The translations under genes were made by a program, and so were the position numbers. DNA of 64,000 nt from Rubripirellula sp. (lineage in GTDB: Bacteria > Planctomycetota > Planctomycetia > Pirellulales > Pirellulaceae), in NCBI GenBank assembly GCA_965216875.1, contig OZ244207.1, positions 7,808,001 through 7,872,000 of the forward strand, written 5' to 3'. Below, one piece after another: positions 60,965 through 64,000 of this stretch (positions are counted from its first letter, which is position 1; each line of letters opens with the position of its first letter). The notes under the pieces were generated by a model that was not told the origin of the DNA, ran no database searches, and was given only the letters and a program-made list of their open reading frames with translations.

Positions 60965-61852
60965 CTAGGCGACAAATGCCGTTTTTACCGAACGGATCGC
61001 GTGCAGAAATTGGTCCACGGATTCCGTTCTTTCTTCGACCTTGGGTTGGATCATGTTCATGATCGCTCGGGCCAGTCTCGGATCGATATTGGGACAACGC
61101 TCGATCAAATCGGTCGGCGGCGAAGTGTCGTGGTGGAGTGCGGCTCGGCCGTTGAGGATTTCACCCTGCCAGGGATGCTCGAAGGCACAGAGACAGTAGA
61201 ACGTGACGCCGAGTGAAAAGATGTCGACCCGTTTGTCGGTCGCCCGCCGACGCACGATTTCGGGCGACATGTACAGCGGCGTGCCCGTTCGGTTCCCAGG
61301 TGCCATGAATGGGGAGGTGGCCGGAACGGTTAGCCCAAAGTCGATCAGTTTGACGCCCGTGGTCTCGGGCAAGCAAATGAAGTTTCGCGGGCAAATATCG
61401 CGATGGATGAAGTCTTTGGTGTGGACGTACTTGAGCGCCTCGGCCATATCGCGGATCAGCATCATGCGTTTGCCCTGAACGTGGTGTTCCTGCTTTTTCA
61501 CCACGATGTTCTGCATGCTTGGCCCTGCGATGTACTCCATCACAATGACCGGCTGGCCTTTGGTCGATACGCCAACTTCGTAGGTTTCGACGATTTTCGG
61601 ATGATCCATCATCATCGCGATTTCGCCCTCGGTCGGCTTTCCGAGCCCTTTGAACCGACCTTCAAACGCTTCGACCTTTTCGATGTCGAGCACTTTGACA
61701 CCGACGAGTTTGTCGTTGTTTTCACGGTCTTTGGCGACAAAAAAGTGCGCCATCGTGCCCGTCACGCCCGTCCTTTGGCGAGTAAAACGCGTCTCCACCT
61801 CGATCTTGGCGCTCGAGCGGAGTTTCGATTTAAGAGAATCGAGAAAGCCCAT
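60965..61852 (-). CDS. Hanks-type Ser/Thr protein kinase (soluble, atypical catalytic loop)
   Basis: VGVKVL, HRDICPRN, DFG, GTPLYMSPE, DIFSLG. Confidence 0.9.
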   Translation of the reverse strand: MGFLDSLKSKLRSSAKIEVETRFTRQRTGVTGTMAHFFVAKDRENNDKLVGVKVLDIEKVEAFEGRFKGLGKPTEGEIAMMMDHPKIVETYEVGVSTKGQPVIVMEYIAGPSMQNIVVKKQEHHVQGKRMMLIRDMAEALKYVHTKDFIHRDICPRNFICLPETTGVKLIDFGLTVPATSPFMAPGNRTGTPLYMSPEIVRRRATDKRVDIFSLGVTFYCLCAFEHPWQGEILNGRAALHHDTSPPTDLIERCPNIDPRLARAIMNMIQPKVEERTESVDQFLHAIRSVKTAFVA

Positions 61853-61905
61853 TCGTATGGTATTCGTCGTGAGAAGGGTGCAGAGTTTGGGCGATAACCC
61901 CGCGT

Positions 61906-62760
61906 CTACTTTCCACAATAGTCGATGGCTCGAGCGATCTCGGTTTTTAAGTTCTTGCGAGGGACGATTCGATCGATGTAGCCATGTTCGAGCAGGAATT
62001 CACTCGTCTGGAAACCTTCGGGAAGCTCGATGCCGATCGTCGCTTTGATTGTTCTCGGGCCGGCAAAGCCAATCAATGCCTTGGGTTCGGCAAAGACGAG
62101 GTCGCCAAGCGACGCAAAGCTTGCCGCCACACCGCCCATCGTTGGGTTGGTCAGGACGCTGATGAATAATCCGCCAGCTTGGTCATAGCGGGCAAGTGCT
62201 GCGGACACCTTGGCCATTTGCATCAGCGAGAGAATGCCCTCGTGCATTCGGGCACCACCGCCGCTGGCACTGATGATGATCAGCGGCAGATTGTGATCGG
62301 TTGCGTGTTCGATCAGCCGTGCGAGGCGTTCGCCTACCACCGAACCCATGCTACCCATGATGAACGCGCTGTCGGTGACGGCAAAGGCAACGCGGCGAGC
62401 CCGAATCATGCCCGTTCCGGTGACAGCCGCGTCGGTCAGTCCGGTACGCCCTTGTTCGCTCGACAAGCGGTCAACGTACTTTCGGCGATCAGCAAACTCG
62501 AGCGGGTCGGTCGAGCGGAGCTGCTCGTTCATCGGTTCGAACGTTCCCTCGTCCAAAACCTGGGCGATGCGTTCGCTGGCCGAAACGTAGAAATGGTGGT
62601 CGCACTTGGGACAGACGTTCTGTCGCTGGGTCACCTCTTTCTTGTAAATCGACTCGCCACAGCCAGCACATTTCAGCCACAAACCCTCCGGTACGCCCCG
62701 TTTTTTCGGGGGTGCGGGTGCTTCGCTCGCGTCGGTAGATTGAGAATCGACTGTGGACAT
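61906..62760 (-). CDS. accD: Acetyl-CoA carboxylase carboxyltransferase beta subunit
   Basis: GLWLKCAGC...CPKC zinc finger, [41 protein letters not shown]. Confidence 0.97.
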   Translation of the reverse strand: MSTVDSQSTDASEAPAPPKKRGVPEGLWLKCAGCGESIYKKEVTQRQNVCPKCDHHFYVSASERIAQVLDEGTFEPMNEQLRSTDPLEFADRRKYVDRLSSEQGRTGLTDAAVTGTGMIRARRVAFAVTDSAFIMGSMGSVVGERLARLIEHATDHNLPLIIISASGGGARMHEGILSLMQMAKVSAALARYDQAGGLFISVLTNPTMGGVAASFASLGDLVFAEPKALIGFAGPRTIKATIGIELPEGFQTSEFLLEHGYIDRIVPRKNLKTEIARAIDYCGK

Positions 62761-63000
62761 TCGACGAAAAGGGGCGGGGACGAACAGGTGAAGGGGCCGG
62801 CGAAGGGGCTGGGACCCGAAAAATCGTTTCTGCGAACTGTCTACCTTAGCTGAATCGTCGATTTTTCGCTGCCTCAAACCGTCACAAAGCGGTCAAGGTG
62901 GCTTCTGGTCCCAAATCGCGACACTAGCGGACGGTTTTTGCACAAATCGCCCCGAAACTGGAACAGATCCAGGCGTCTGTGTCGATCCGGTCGAGACATT

Positions 63001-64000
63001 TCACCGGGTCACGACAAAGGTCTCGCTGGTTGGCGGGATGTCCAGCGAGTCGATTTGCCCTGGCCACAGCTCGAGATCGATCGTTTCTTGATCCGAGCCA
63101 TTCCGGGTGATTCGGACGATGGCACGGTCGCCGCTCCGCATTGCGGACCAAATCACTTCGCCGCTGCGAGCGTCGGGGACATCAAGATTGATCGGCACTG
63201 CAGCAGAAAAGTCGTCGCCAAACACGACGTGCATCTCATCGAAAACCACAACGGCGTCGGCGACTTCTCTGATCGATGAATTGGTATCACCCGTGGTACG
63301 GGCGTTGAACAGCTGCATCGAGTCGACGCCGCGAAGCCAAAGGTGACGCAACCCCTCACGGTACGCCTCGCGGCTCATCGTCGGCGTTTGGCCAGGTTCG
63401 GTTTGCAGTCTGCAAACACGAGCCACCCAAGGGATCGACATGTGTTTGCCCGCGTGATTGGCATGGTCCGTCGAGACTTGTTGTAAGAGCTCATGGAAAT
63501 AGAACCGGTCGACGGCGACTTGGTCATCCTTGTCGATGCTGGTCGCCCGGTTGATCCAAACCGAATCCGTTCCATAGGCGATCGGGTTGGTCGCATTGAA
63601 GAAATCAAACTTCAATTCAGGGAGCAGGGTGTCGCGAACAAAGTAACGGACCGGCCGAGCGTTCGTGCTGCGGACCACGTGCCAGTTGGTGACAAAACAC
63701 TCGGGAAAAACGTCTCGCACGGCCTTTGCGAAGTGTTGATCGTAAAGACGGACATACTGTTGCCAGCTGTAGTCGCGAAAACGATCGCGATCTTTCAGGA
63801 CGCCGGCGGGCAGCTCTGCTTGGCACCGTTTGCAAACGCGAGCTTGATCATAGAGGTGGGACCAAGGATAGGGATCGCCTTCAAAGTCGACCCATACACC
63901 AACGACGTTCACGCCCGCTGAACGAAATGCGGTGAGTGTCTTGTGGGTCTGTTCATAAAGCGTCTTCCAACCGCTGGTTTGGTTGGGGCAGGCCCCATGC
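63001..64000 (-). CDS. Hypothetical protein, 5'-truncated by the window edge
   Basis: Frame stays open from 63999 through the 303-aa ORF to TGA at 63001; no confident family. Confidence 0.75.
   Translation of the reverse strand, partial: HGACPNQTSGWKTLYEQTHKTLTAFRSAGVNVVGVWVDFEGDPYPWSHLYDQARVCKRCQAELPAGVLKDRDRFRDYSWQQYVRLYDQHFAKAVRDVFPECFVTNWHVVRSTNARPVRYFVRDTLLPELKFDFFNATNPIAYGTDSVWINRATSIDKDDQVAVDRFYFHELLQQVSTDHANHAGKHMSIPWVARVCRLQTEPGQTPTMSREAYREGLRHLWLRGVDSMQLFNARTTGDTNSSIREVADAVVVFDEMHVVFGDDFSAAVPINLDVPDARSGEVIWSAMRSGDRAIVRITRNGSDQETIDLELWPGQIDSLDIPPTSETFVVTR

Overview
Gene-dense, GC-rich bacterial chromosome segment. The gene content (four Cys-type sulfatases, DUF1501/DUF1549-1553 and DUF1592/DUF1552 pairs with planctomycete cytochrome c motifs, an ECF sigma with a FecR-LamG anti-sigma, Tat-signal oxidoreductases) points to a Pirellulaceae-like planctomycete. 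About 50 CDS can be supported. I saw no rRNA, tRNA, CRISPR array, integrase or transposase. Most notable is a tightly coupled five-gene operon (18195-25452, minus strand): TolC, a membrane-fusion protein (MFP), a small DUF3467-like protein, a GAF-like/MFP fusion and an M50(HExxH)/MFP fusion. It resembles a type I export machine but encodes no ABC ATPase, RND pump or cargo, and its long 5' leader carries three GGA-loop hairpins resembling CsrA/RsmA sites. Other observations: at least six REP-like intergenic repeat families (one sitting exactly on stop codons), an incomplete Wzx/Wzy polysaccharide locus with an adenylate-forming enzyme, an atypical HRDICPRN kinase behind accD, a strongly promoted two-gene membrane/coiled-coil operon, and a 57-aa membrane ORF missing from the ORF track. 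All family assignments come from motif recognition by eye; no database searches were run, and start codons are my best estimates.
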